Shown piece after piece: positions 8,428 to 18,427 of a DNA stretch of 56,980 nt. Both the position numbers and the translations under genes were made by a program. The first letter of the stretch is position 1. Every line of letters starts with the position of its first letter. The notes beneath the pieces are model-generated. The model did not search any database, was not told the DNA's origin, and saw only the letters and a program-made list of their open reading frames with translations. Source of the DNA: a virus; the IMG/VR virus record IMGVR_UViG_3300025632_000018, positions 1 through 56,980 of that record; one strand, given 5' to 3'.

Positions 8428-8674
8428 GGAACTAGAAAAGGTAATCGAGAATAAATTTTTGACACCTTCTAAGTTTGCGTTAGAAATCGAAAAGATTGTT
8501 GCCGAGGAAAAAATCAACTATATCGATGCGATTGTTCACTATTGTGAAGTCAATGAACTTGATGTAGAATCAGTCACAAAACTTGTATCGAAACCACTGA
8601 AAGAAAAACTGAAGTGGGATGCCACGAGACTTAATTTTATGAAAGCAACTTCGAAAGCAAAACTGCCTTTATGA
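8414..8674 (+). CDS. gp33: Late transcription coactivator gp33
   Basis: FALEIEKIV...NYIDAIVHYCE...KPLKEKL; start 8414. Confidence 0.85.
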   Translation: MEPNKELEKVIENKFLTPSKFALEIEKIVAEEKINYIDAIVHYCEVNELDVESVTKLVSKPLKEKLKWDATRLNFMKATSKAKLPL

Positions 8675-9267
8675 AAGTGACTCCATTTGATACCTACCAA
8701 CATTATTTGTCACTCAAAAATCATTTTACAAACCCAAAATACGACTTCTTCCGATATGGTGCGAAGACCCGTGCAAGTGTTTCTTCATTCAATAAAAGAA
8801 GAGATAAGTATTGGTTCGAGAAAACCAGTCGTAAATATAATGATGAAGAAGTTGTAAAATTTCTTGTATCTAACTTCGCATACGCCGACAACCCACAAAA
8901 CTTATGGATTGGAGAAATTATCAGTTCTGGAGAAAGGACTTACGCAGATTGGACAAAGAGACAACAGAGTTTGACTTACTTGTTCAAAGAACAAAGCAAC
9001 GAATTACTCTCGAACAACGAATTAGAGAATCTATTCAGTTGCTCGAAAGGTCATCCAACAATCTTAAAAAGATTTCTTGGTGGAGACATAAGTCTTGAAA
9101 CTTTTGTAATCTATGATAGAATATTCTCATTCAGAAAGAAGTTTGATAAAAAACTGAAAGATCCTGTATGGGAAACCGTAAGTTTAAAACTCCAAAAATA
9201 TTCTCCCTTTCTAAATATTGATGTATTCAAGTTTAAGAAAATTTTGCGGGCCCTTGTAGATGAGTGA
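8671..9267 (+). CDS. gp59: Helicase loader gp59
   Basis: YLSLKNHF...YDFFRY, FNKRRDKYWFEK; located between gp33 and gp32. Confidence 0.85.
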   Translation: MKVTPFDTYQHYLSLKNHFTNPKYDFFRYGAKTRASVSSFNKRRDKYWFEKTSRKYNDEEVVKFLVSNFAYADNPQNLWIGEIISSGERTYADWTKRQQSLTYLFKEQSNELLSNNELENLFSCSKGHPTILKRFLGGDISLETFVIYDRIFSFRKKFDKKLKDPVWETVSLKLQKYSPFLNIDVFKFKKILRALVDE

Positions 9268-9592
9268 CTTTTTTGATTCTGAAATCATTCAGGAAGAACT
9301 GAGTGAAATTAATGAAATGCAAGAAAAAATCTACGAAAGTTTTATTACTTTCGGTAGAATGTCCCGTGAACAAAAACTTGAACACGTTGAAATACTTACA
9401 ACCTTGCTTGAAAAACAGCAAGTGATGTATACTAGACTATCTCTTTCTGATGACCCAAAGGCCATCGAGATGAAAGATAATCTACGCAAATCAGTTTCAA
9501 TGATGGGTTTCCCACCAGAGACTGATATGATGACTTTATTCAGTAGTATGAATGCTACAATCAAATCTCTCAAAGACTATATTGACGACTGA
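9260..9592 (+). CDS. Conserved cyanophage protein (DUF1825-like)
   Basis: FFDSEIIQEEL...LEKQQVMYTRLSLSDDP. Confidence 0.7.
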   Translation: MSDFFDSEIIQEELSEINEMQEKIYESFITFGRMSREQKLEHVEILTTLLEKQQVMYTRLSLSDDPKAIEMKDNLRKSVSMMGFPPETDMMTLFSSMNATIKSLKDYIDD

Positions 9593-9655
9593 GAGAATTT
9601 CTGCTATACTATCCGAGTAAATCCAAAACATCCAAACTAATCTAAGGTAATCTAA

Positions 9656-10579
9656 ATGTCTTTTGCTGATCTTAAGAAGCAATCCAAACTGGGTTCTTTG
9701 ACACAAAAACTGGTCAAGGAAGTCGAAAAAATGAATAATGCAGGTAGTTCAGGAGATGAACGTCTGTGGAAACTAGAATGTGATAAAGGTGGCAATGGTT
9801 ATGCCGTTATTCGTTTCCTTCCTGCTCCTGAAGGTGAAGACCTCCCATTCGTCAAACTCTATTCCCATGCCTTCCAAGGTCCTGGTGGATGGTATATTGA
9901 GAACTCTCTGACAACTCTGAGTCAGAAAGACCCAATGTCAGAATACAACACGATGCTGTGGAACAACGGCACCGATTCTGGTAAAGAACAAGCACGTAAG
10001 CAGAAACGTAAACTGACTTATGTCGCAAATATCTATGTTGTAAAAGATCCTGCTAATCCTTCTAATGAAGGTCAGGTAATGCTTTACAAATTCGGTAAGA
10101 AAATCTTTGATAAGATTACTGCCGCAATGCAACCTGAGTTTGAGGACGAGGAAGCAATCGATCCGTTTGACTTCTGGCAGGGTGCTAACTTCAAACTGAA
10201 GGCAAAGAATGTTGCCGGTTATCGTAACTATGATTCTTCAGAGTTTGCCCGTCAGGATGCACTTCTGGAAGATGACGAAGCAATGGAAGCAATATGGAAG
10301 AAAGAGTATTCTCTCGAAGATTTTGTTGCTCCCGATCAATTCAAGTCTTATGATGATCTGAAGAAGCGTCTTGATTATGTTCTCGGTATCAAAGGAACGA
10401 CTAAGTTCCAAGACCAAGAATCCGTTCAGGAAGAAGAAGAGTTCCGTCAACAGAATCGTGCAGAATCAAATCCTGTCCCTCAGTCAATGAAGGAAGAACT
10501 TGATAGTCTGTCACCTACCAAGACTGATGATGACGATGATGATACACTCTCATACTTTGCCGCACTCGCAGCAGACTAA
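9656..10579 (+). CDS. gp32: Single-stranded DNA-binding protein gp32
   Basis: GNGYAVIRFLPAP, HAFQGPGGWYIEN, YRNYDSSEF, acidic tail. Confidence 0.95.
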   Translation: MSFADLKKQSKLGSLTQKLVKEVEKMNNAGSSGDERLWKLECDKGGNGYAVIRFLPAPEGEDLPFVKLYSHAFQGPGGWYIENSLTTLSQKDPMSEYNTMLWNNGTDSGKEQARKQKRKLTYVANIYVVKDPANPSNEGQVMLYKFGKKIFDKITAAMQPEFEDEEAIDPFDFWQGANFKLKAKNVAGYRNYDSSEFARQDALLEDDEAMEAIWKKEYSLEDFVAPDQFKSYDDLKKRLDYVLGIKGTTKFQDQESVQEEEEFRQQNRAESNPVPQSMKEELDSLSPTKTDDDDDDTLSYFAALAAD

Positions 10580-10586
10580 GTAAGAT

Positions 10587-10610
10587 GGGGAGGGAAACCT
10601 CCCCTTTTTT
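10587..10610 (+). terminator. Intrinsic terminator between convergent gp32 and gp53
   Basis: GGGGAGG-GAAA-CCTCCCC-TTTTTT. Confidence 0.85.
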
Positions 10611-11259
10611 ATGGATTTGTAACTCTAGTATTTTCTGTTCTGATTAGATTGTCGTCAACATATTCTGATGAACGATCATAAATCATAATTTCTCTCATAT
10701 CATTCAAAAACTGCTGTAAATATGATGGTTTTAGTAGATATATTGATGATTTTTCATTATTTTTTCTAACTTCATATTCATAGTTATTGATATTAATCAC
10801 AGGATTTAAAGTAGTTGCAGTATTCGAAGGATTTGGAATTGTAAAATCTTCATCTACAACTTTACCTGCCGGAAGAATCAATCTACCTTGAGTATCTTTT
10901 ACTTCTGTTGTTTCATAATGATGCACGGAAGATAATCCAGTAACACCATACTTATTTTCTGAATATCTATAGAGGTCACGATTTGACAGTGGCCACTGAT
11001 CTCTGACTCTTGTAATATTTGCCGTCATTAAAACGACCCAATCAAGTTCTGCACTTCCATAAAGTTCTTCGGCAACTGTATCGGGTCTTGCACCCTCTAC
11101 AATTTCATACTTATCAAAAATGGTGAATACATTTTGTAAGTCATCACGTAACTTATTTCTTCTGAATAAATTCTTAACTCTCAAATAATTTTGAGAAGAA
11201 TTGCTGTCAGATAAAAATGATTGATAGTCTAATTCTGGTAGTTCTCTGAAATATCCCAT
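10609..11259 (-). CDS. gp53: Baseplate wedge protein gp53
   Basis: MGYFRELP, RPDTVAEELYG LysM-like motif, QWPLS. Confidence 0.85.
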   Translation of the reverse strand: MGYFRELPELDYQSFLSDSNSSQNYLRVKNLFRRNKLRDDLQNVFTIFDKYEIVEGARPDTVAEELYGSAELDWVVLMTANITRVRDQWPLSNRDLYRYSENKYGVTGLSSVHHYETTEVKDTQGRLILPAGKVVDEDFTIPNPSNTATTLNPVININNYEYEVRKNNEKSSIYLLKPSYLQQFLNDMREIMIYDRSSEYVDDNLIRTENTRVTNP

Positions 11260-11260
11260 T

Positions 11261-12283
11261 TTAGTATCCTACTCCTCCGGGTGTTGCTGGATCCTGACCT
11301 GGTGCATATGGACCAGTATACGGAATATAATCAGTATTATAAATTGGTTCGAGTTCTTGAAATGTTAAGTCCATAATCATTGATACTGGTGTTCCATCTT
11401 CATAAGTTGTGTAATTACCCTCTCCTGTATAATTGACATTTACGGACGATAAAAAACACTGTTTAAATTTATGTAAGAATGAGTGTGGTTGACCACCCTG
11501 TCTATATCTCAATTCAAAAATATCTGGAGTTTTTAAGAAAGTTTGTCCATCTACTTTTGGTGCCATATGATATTTAAATGTTCTTATAATATTTCTAATC
11601 TCTTCTGCTTCTTTTGGTCCTCTGGGCACGAATTTGAATTGAAATCTAAAAGTGCGAAGACTTGGACCATTAAATAATAACTCCATATTTGGATTTAAAA
11701 TTTGTCCTGTTGATCTTGCTAAAATTTGAGCTGGAGTAATATTAATATTAGCAATAGCGACTGCCTTTGACGCTAATATTCTAGTTACAAATCCTGCGGC
11801 TCCTTCGACTCCTCCAGCTGCCTTTTTAATATTCCCTGCAGTTGCTGATACTGCACCAATAGTAGATTTTAGACCATCCATCACATCCGCATTTCCTGCA
11901 TTATCCACATAGTCTCTACCGGTATTCATGATATCCATCACTCCACCGACTGCGGCACCGGCAATACTATTCAGATTTGATGATTGATACGATACTGAAT
12001 TGCTATCAGAAATACTTGATGGTATTGGTAATAATATTGTTGCCTTTGATGCTTTTTTGGAGTTTTGTCTTATTCCTCCTGCTCTTGCACTTATGGAGGT
12101 TGTAGATATATCTTTATTAATTGGATTCCCATCATCATCATTTATCTCTACATTAATGTTCTTGGCACGATTAGTAGCCTTAATTGCAGTATATTCAATA
12201 ACATCTATCTGCAAATAATCAGTCCTCTCTGTAAAAGCAGTATATGGATATCTTAGTATAGGTTTCGTACTATTTTGTGGCAT
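11261..12283 (-). CDS. gp48: Baseplate tail-tube cap gp48
   Basis: NPNMELLFNGPSLRTFRFQF, VNVNYTGEG, MDLTFQELEP. Confidence 0.8.
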   Translation of the reverse strand: MPQNSTKPILRYPYTAFTERTDYLQIDVIEYTAIKATNRAKNINVEINDDDGNPINKDISTTSISARAGGIRQNSKKASKATILLPIPSSISDSNSVSYQSSNLNSIAGAAVGGVMDIMNTGRDYVDNAGNADVMDGLKSTIGAVSATAGNIKKAAGGVEGAAGFVTRILASKAVAIANINITPAQILARSTGQILNPNMELLFNGPSLRTFRFQFKFVPRGPKEAEEIRNIIRTFKYHMAPKVDGQTFLKTPDIFELRYRQGGQPHSFLHKFKQCFLSSVNVNYTGEGNYTTYEDGTPVSMIMDLTFQELEPIYNTDYIPYTGPYAPGQDPATPGGVGY

Positions 12284-12299
12284 CTGCCTTACTTTTTAG

Positions 12300-12701
12300 T
12301 TATTTAGAACGAACTTTAGCAAAACCGAGTTCTATCACATCAGACATCTCTTCTGGATAGATTTCGTAGAGTCCACCAATGATTTGATTGTAATCATATT
12401 GCCTTCTACTATTCTGCGTATTCCAATGAAAATTAATTCCACGAAACCCCCAAGAGAATACTTCGGTAACACCTACAAGAGGGTGTTGGTCATACTGCAT
12501 TCCTGGTGTCTTGGCATTATAAAAGAAGGTATAATATTTTCCACTAGAAGGAACCTTACCACCTTCGGATAAAACACTGATTAATTCAGTCATAATATCA
12601 TCAGCAGTTTCGATACCAATTAAAGTATCAACAACACCACGCACACGATTATCATTATCTTCTGTTGGATTTCTTCTTTGTTGGAGTGTTTTTCTTGGCA
12701 T
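12300..12701 (-). CDS. gp2: DNA end protector gp2-like protein
   Basis: GKYYTFFYNAKTP...YDQHPLV, GINFHW; adjacent to gp4. Confidence 0.55.
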   Translation of the reverse strand: MPRKTLQQRRNPTEDNDNRVRGVVDTLIGIETADDIMTELISVLSEGGKVPSSGKYYTFFYNAKTPGMQYDQHPLVGVTEVFSWGFRGINFHWNTQNSRRQYDYNQIIGGLYEIYPEEMSDVIELGFAKVRSK

Positions 12702-13138
12702 TACTTAATACCGAGTTCGTTTTCTGTAAGGACCTTAAACTCATAACCATGATCTAAACACCATTCTTTAGCGGCATTCCACTTTGCCTGATTTTTAGCA
12801 TACTCAACGACTTCATAGATATAACGTTTCGATGTTATTTTTTTAACTTTAGGTTCGATACACTGTTTAAATGGTTTGATTTCAATAATCATTTTTTTAA
12901 TCATACCATTTGATTCTTTGACTTTAATATAAAAGTCTGGAAAGTATCTGTGATATCTGTTATCAATGGGTGAACGATAGGGAACAATAACTTCTTCACT
13001 TCCCCATTCTAAAATATTCTGGTTATTATCACAATAAATCATAAATTTGCGCTCCCATAAGGAACGATAAATGATGTTATTGGGATCACCCTTATACTTT
13101 TTAGGATAAGATGGTTTATATTTTCCCTTATATGACAT
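12701..13138 (-). CDS. gp4: Head completion nuclease gp4
   Basis: MSYKGKYKP..PKKYKGD, YRSLWER, YFPDF, EIKP, NQAKW. Confidence 0.9.
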   Translation of the reverse strand: MSYKGKYKPSYPKKYKGDPNNIIYRSLWERKFMIYCDNNQNILEWGSEEVIVPYRSPIDNRYHRYFPDFYIKVKESNGMIKKMIIEIKPFKQCIEPKVKKITSKRYIYEVVEYAKNQAKWNAAKEWCLDHGYEFKVLTENELGIK

Positions 13139-13178
13139 CTAAATAACTAATAACAAAGTAGACATACAGGTATTTAGA

Positions 13179-14111
13179 GTGGCTCGTCCTTATGTAAGAA
13201 GTATACAACCAAGAGATGCTAAAGAAATATTTGGTAAATTATCACAAACAAATCATTATCAAGTGAGTTTTGGTAGTCTTCCTGGAGAAGTCGAAAGGCA
13301 TATTCGCAGAAAGTTTGGTGTCTTTGATGCAAATAATTTTATGTCTCAAAAAGGTGGTGTTCTTTGTTCTGATGCATCATTACCAGGAAGTTCTTTGGCA
13401 ACTGGAGAAGTAAGAGATAATTTTATGGGCATTCCACAAGAGTTTGCTCATACTCGTTTATATGCTGATGTTGATTTTACTTTTTACATTGATTTAGATT
13501 ACACAAATCTTCGTATTTTTGAGGGGTGGATTGACTATATTAGTAGTGGATCTGAAAGCACGGATGGAATGAATGAATTGACCGATAATTATTATCGTCG
13601 AATGCAGTATCCTGAAAATTATAAAGCAAATACGATGTATATCACTAAATTTGAAAAAGACATTGATAATAATGGAAGAAGATTGGATTATCTTTTTGTA
13701 AATGCATTTCCAAAATTGGTAAATGCAATTCCAGTTCAATATGGTGGTGCAGATATTTTAAAAGTAGGTGTGAGTTTTAATTATGATCGTTATATTATGA
13801 ATCCACAAGGTTCTGTCACAAGAGGAAATTCTGGAAGTTTTAATGATGTAGATAGAACTCAATCATCAGCAGAATTACAACAAGCAAAACGTAATACAAC
13901 TGACTCTTTATCTGGTGCTCCTCCAGCACCAGTACTACCAACACGAAATGAAATATTACGAAGCGAAGCTGCCCAACTCGCAGAATCGAATGTGATAATA
14001 GAGAAGGACAATATATTTCCCGATCTAGAAATAAGAACCTTCACCAATAACACCTTTACGACAGAGAGAGACAAGACATTCCCGGACCTTGAAATAAGAA
14101 CCTTTAAATAA
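13179..14111 (+). CDS. Tail-tube initiator / gp54-like baseplate protein
   Basis: CSDASLPG, FEGWIDYI, NAFP...V.F.Y tail-tube fold; synteny between gp4 and gp26. Confidence 0.6.
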   Translation: MARPYVRSIQPRDAKEIFGKLSQTNHYQVSFGSLPGEVERHIRRKFGVFDANNFMSQKGGVLCSDASLPGSSLATGEVRDNFMGIPQEFAHTRLYADVDFTFYIDLDYTNLRIFEGWIDYISSGSESTDGMNELTDNYYRRMQYPENYKANTMYITKFEKDIDNNGRRLDYLFVNAFPKLVNAIPVQYGGADILKVGVSFNYDRYIMNPQGSVTRGNSGSFNDVDRTQSSAELQQAKRNTTDSLSGAPPAPVLPTRNEILRSEAAQLAESNVIIEKDNIFPDLEIRTFTNNTFTTERDKTFPDLEIRTFK

Positions 14112-14151
14112 CCCCGCTAAATAAAATTACTGAAGTGTTATTACAATTACT

Positions 14152-14874
14152 ATGCCTTTACCCAAGATTAATACACCGACTTATGAGTTGGTGTTGCCTT
14201 CTACCGGAAAGAAGATTAAATATAGACCCTTCCTTGTGAGAGAAGAAAAAATTCTTATTATGGCAATGGAATCTGAAAATATGACCGAGATTACCAATGC
14301 TATTGTTCAAATACTTTCAGATTGTATTGTTTCAAAGGATGTCAAAGTAGAATCTCTTGCTACTTTTGATATTGAATACTTATTCTTGAATGTTCGTGCC
14401 AAGTCTGTTGGTGAAACTGTTGATGTGAATATTACTTGTCCTGATGATGGTGAGACACAGGTAGAAATGTCGATTGATATTGATTCAATTAAGGTTCAAA
14501 AGACTAGAGGACACAAAAATATCATCAAACTTGATGATGAACTTTCAATGAAATTAAAGTATCCCTCACTAGATCAGTTTGTTGAGAATAATTTTGAGAC
14601 AGAAGAGGGAGCAAGTGAAATTAACCAGTCACTTTCAATGATTACATCTTGTGTTGAGATGATTTATAATCAAGAAGAGAGTTGGGAAGCATCTGATTAT
14701 TCGAAGAAAGAACTTGATGAATTTATTGAGCAATTGAATACTAAACAATTCAAACAAATTGAGAAGTTTTTTGCTACGATGCCAAAACTTTCTCATACAA
14801 TTGCAGTGAAAAATCCAGAAACTGGTGTAGAGTCTGAAGTTGTTTTGGAAGGATTAGCAAGTTTTTTCAGTTAG
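14152..14874 (+). CDS. gp26: Baseplate hub subunit gp26
   Basis: MPLPKINTPTYELVLPS, YRPFLVREEKILIMA, DIEYLFLNVRAKSVGE. Confidence 0.9.
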   Translation: MPLPKINTPTYELVLPSTGKKIKYRPFLVREEKILIMAMESENMTEITNAIVQILSDCIVSKDVKVESLATFDIEYLFLNVRAKSVGETVDVNITCPDDGETQVEMSIDIDSIKVQKTRGHKNIIKLDDELSMKLKYPSLDQFVENNFETEEGASEINQSLSMITSCVEMIYNQEESWEASDYSKKELDEFIEQLNTKQFKQIEKFFATMPKLSHTIAVKNPETGVESEVVLEGLASFFS

Positions 14875-14876
14875 GT

Positions 14877-15056
14877 ATGGCTCATACAAGTCTTGAGTCA
14901 TACTACAAGATAAATTTTGCCTTGATGCAGCATCATAAATATTCATTAACAGAACTAGAAAATATGATTCCGTGGGAGAGAGAAGTTTATCTTGCTCTAC
15001 TTCAACAATACATTGAAGAAGAAAACCTAAAGGCACAACAAAAGAGTGGAATCTAA
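14877..15056 (+). CDS. gp51: Baseplate hub assembly catalyst gp51 (59 aa)
   Basis: YYKINFALMQHHKYSLTELENMIPWEREVY; below the ORF-track cutoff. Confidence 0.85.
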   Translation: MAHTSLESYYKINFALMQHHKYSLTELENMIPWEREVYLALLQQYIEEENLKAQQKSGI

Positions 15057-16719
15057 CTTAAACATAAAGAAAACTGATACACCTAAGTTAAATGTAGAGA
15101 CTGTTTCATCGGCAGTCTTTGGAAAAGAGGAAGGTGGAAGTAATATTGGAGGTGGTTCCGGAGAATCGATTAGAAATATTCATAAGACATTAAGTAAATT
15201 ATCTGGTCATGTAAGAAAGGCTTTAGTTCGTATTAAGGCATTAGAGGGAAAATTTTCTGAGGTAGAAACTAAATTAGTAACTAATACTGAAAAAATTGAA
15301 AGAATTGTAAAAATTCAAAAGATATTAGAAAATAAAAAAGGAAATAAAAAAGATAATATAGGGGGCAATCAAAAAGATTTAACTAAAAGTCTCATAGAAA
15401 CAAATAAAATTCTTGTTCAGATACAACAAGAATTGATGAAAAACATTTCTATACAATCCGGAAATGAAAAAGATAAACAAGATAAAGTTAAGAGAACACA
15501 ATCAAAGAATAAACTAAAAAAAGAAGAATCTCAATTAGAAAAATCATCAAAGAAACTTGGATCATCGATAGCAAAGGCATCTGATAAAATTCTTTCCCCT
15601 GTAAAAGGAATTTTTGGTCAGATTATGGACTTTGTTGGAACTCTTGTACTTGGTATTGGAGCTAATGCAATTTTTAAATGGTTAGAAAATAAAGAAAATC
15701 AAGAAAAAGTGCAGGGATGGTTTGATTGGATTAAAGATCATTGGAAATGGGTTGCTGCAGGTATTGGTGTATTATTTGCATTACCCTTGGTTGGTGCAAT
15801 TGCGGGAGTAATTTCTACAATTGGAAGTTTAGTCGGCGTTATTGCATCACTTGCCACACCATTATTAGGATTGATGTTAAATCCATTATTCTGGAAGATT
15901 TTATTGGCAATTGGTGCTGGTATTCTGATTTATAAGGCGGGAGAATGGGTAGTTAAAGGTATTAGAAGAAATATGGTTGGAGGTGAGGGTTTTGTTGACG
16001 CACACGATGCGTTAGATGATAGACTGAAGAGGGATGGACTTGGTATTGAGAAAACATTTTTTGGTATGGGAAAAGCACGCGGATATGTCCTACCCACAAA
16101 AGAAAATAATTATATGGGATCTTTTGATTTAACACCAGAACAACAAGCAATTGTTGATGATACGATAAACAAGAGAAAAAAATTAGATGACTTGAAAAAG
16201 ACTATGGAGGACGAAATAACAACAAAACGAGAAGCAGTAGATCCAAGTAAGTTTCAAGGAACTGGAACAGCTGGTCCTAGTGGTAGTCCTACTAGCTCAA
16301 ATTCTTTACTGTTTGATGAAAGGGAAAGAATTAAAGCAGAAGTTGAAGATTCATACCTTCCAAAAATTCAATCTATAATCAATCCTGGTGGGATAGAAGC
16401 AAGAGCACTGGGTGGTCCGACCACTGCAGGGAAGATATATGAGGTAGGAGAAAAAGGTCGAGAACTTTTTGCTCCAAACGTTGATGGTTCTATAATTAAT
16501 AATATGAGAACAGAAAAAATATATGAGATGATTTCTTCTGGAAGAAAAGGTCGTGGAGGAGTAAATATACAAACTCTTTCAACAATTACAAATCAACTGC
16601 CACCACCTGAAGTTAAAGTTCCAAGTGGACCTGCAACTGAAGTTCCTGATATTGCTAGTGTAAATATGGCAGATCCATATCGTCAATTGACACCAATGCT
16701 ATATGGCATAACAGTGTAG
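15046..16719 (+). CDS. Baseplate hub / tape-measure-like protein, paralog 1
   Basis: Coiled coil, central hydrophobic Gly/Ala segment, ARALGGP...YEVGEKGRELFAP. Confidence 0.6.
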   Translation: MESNLNIKKTDTPKLNVETVSSAVFGKEEGGSNIGGGSGESIRNIHKTLSKLSGHVRKALVRIKALEGKFSEVETKLVTNTEKIERIVKIQKILENKKGNKKDNIGGNQKDLTKSLIETNKILVQIQQELMKNISIQSGNEKDKQDKVKRTQSKNKLKKEESQLEKSSKKLGSSIAKASDKILSPVKGIFGQIMDFVGTLVLGIGANAIFKWLENKENQEKVQGWFDWIKDHWKWVAAGIGVLFALPLVGAIAGVISTIGSLVGVIASLATPLLGLMLNPLFWKILLAIGAGILIYKAGEWVVKGIRRNMVGGEGFVDAHDALDDRLKRDGLGIEKTFFGMGKARGYVLPTKENNYMGSFDLTPEQQAIVDDTINKRKKLDDLKKTMEDEITTKREAVDPSKFQGTGTAGPSGSPTSSNSLLFDERERIKAEVEDSYLPKIQSIINPGGIEARALGGPTTAGKIYEVGEKGRELFAPNVDGSIINNMRTEKIYEMISSGRKGRGGVNIQTLSTITNQLPPPEVKVPSGPATEVPDIASVNMADPYRQLTPMLYGITV

Positions 16720-16723
16720 AAAT

Positions 16724-18427
16724 ATGGTATTACCACTTCTTACTGGATTAGGAAAAGCACTTGGAGGTAATGCAACCAAACAAGTTGCTAGAAAAACTGT
16801 TAAAAAAATATCAAAAGATAAAGTAAAATCTGCTGCAAAAAATAAAAAAAATAATAAAATATCTAAAGATTCTTCGGTATTGTCAACAAATTCTATTGGT
16901 GATATAGAAACAAAATTATATAATGAAGAATCAACGTTGGATAGTTCACAAAAATTAAAGACACCAACTCTAAAAATAAAATCAATATCAAAAACTGATT
17001 CTCCGATAGAGCAGTTAAAACTTAATGTCACTAATATTCATAATTTTTTAGTTCAACAAAATAAACAAAAAAATAAATTAAAAAGAGAAAATCAAAGAAG
17101 AATTCTTGAAGAAATAAGTAAGCAAAAGAAAAAATCAAAAGAAAAAAGAATAGAATCTCCTATTAATAAATCAATAAAAAATATAAAAGAATCCACCTCA
17201 AATAAAAATCAAGGAAGTATTCTTGATAATTTATTGGAATTTATTGGACTTATAATAGGAGGAATTGTAGTCAATGCACTTCCTGCAATTATATCCAAAG
17301 TAAAAGAAATTATTGACAGTGTTGTAAATTTTCTAACACCAATTCAAAGTGGATTTAATTTTATTAAGGGATTTTTTACTGGAGAGTTAGATCAAAAAGA
17401 GTATGATGTAGATAGAAAAAGAATTGATGATGCACTTGCATCATTTGAAGCAGATGGTGGATTAGTCGATCAATTTGCAGAAAAAATGGGACCTCTTGGA
17501 GCTCTTGTTAAGCAATTGAAACCATTTATCGGTATAGTTAGAAAAGAAGTAAAAGGAAAAAATATAACTCTTGCTATAGTAGGAGGTAAGGAGGGAGTAT
17601 TAAATACGGAAACTAAAGAATTTATAGCAAAAGAGTGGACATCGGCAGAAAGGGAAAGAATGGGTGTGAAAGGTTCATCTTCTGCAGGTGCAGGTAATTT
17701 GAATCCTACTGATATTTCAAGTCATTCTGGAGATACTGTCACTTCTCGTGGAGGAACAACTGCAAATCAAGTTTCAGGATTTCCAATCACTAGTCATTTT
17801 GGTCAGAGATGGGGTAGATTGCATGGAGGTATTGATGTTGGAACACCTACCGGAACACCATTAGCTCTTGCTCATGCAGGAAAAATCATGTATGCGGGAT
17901 TGAATGGTGGATATGGAAATATGATTGATGCATGGGTTCCCCATCTCAATGTTCAATTTAGATTTGCTCATTTAGTAAAGTTATTTAAAAAAACCGGAGA
18001 TAATTTTAAAGCAAATGAAATTTTAGGCAAAACTGGTGGTGGTGCCGGAGATCCTGGAAGAGGTAGTTCAACAGGATCTCATTTACATTATGAAATTGAT
18101 ACTCAAAAAAATGGAACAACATATGGTGGATCTAAAAATAAAGATCTATTGTATGATATGGCAAAACATGTAATTCTCGGATCTTCTTCATCTTCATCTA
18201 ATGGTGAAGGTGGTACTATAATTCCACAAATTAGAGGAAATATGCCATCTGATGAAGTTGTTGGAAGAATATCACATTCTGCAATATCTGATCAAAATGT
18301 TTCTACATATTATTATATTCAACCATATGATACTATTCAAAATCAAGTAGTTCCATTTCCGGTTTCAGTGAAAAAAAATTCAAGTATCACTAAACAATCC
18401 GAATTAAACCCAATATGGACGAAGTAA
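16724..18427 (+). CDS. Hub/tail protein, paralog 2, with C-terminal M23 peptidase
   Basis: WGRLHGGIDVG (HxxxD), GYGN, RFAHL, STGSHLHYE (HxH). Confidence 0.75.
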   Translation: MVLPLLTGLGKALGGNATKQVARKTVKKISKDKVKSAAKNKKNNKISKDSSVLSTNSIGDIETKLYNEESTLDSSQKLKTPTLKIKSISKTDSPIEQLKLNVTNIHNFLVQQNKQKNKLKRENQRRILEEISKQKKKSKEKRIESPINKSIKNIKESTSNKNQGSILDNLLEFIGLIIGGIVVNALPAIISKVKEIIDSVVNFLTPIQSGFNFIKGFFTGELDQKEYDVDRKRIDDALASFEADGGLVDQFAEKMGPLGALVKQLKPFIGIVRKEVKGKNITLAIVGGKEGVLNTETKEFIAKEWTSAERERMGVKGSSSAGAGNLNPTDISSHSGDTVTSRGGTTANQVSGFPITSHFGQRWGRLHGGIDVGTPTGTPLALAHAGKIMYAGLNGGYGNMIDAWVPHLNVQFRFAHLVKLFKKTGDNFKANEILGKTGGGAGDPGRGSSTGSHLHYEIDTQKNGTTYGGSKNKDLLYDMAKHVILGSSSSSSNGEGGTIIPQIRGNMPSDEVVGRISHSAISDQNVSTYYYIQPYDTIQNQVVPFPVSVKKNSSITKQSELNPIWTK

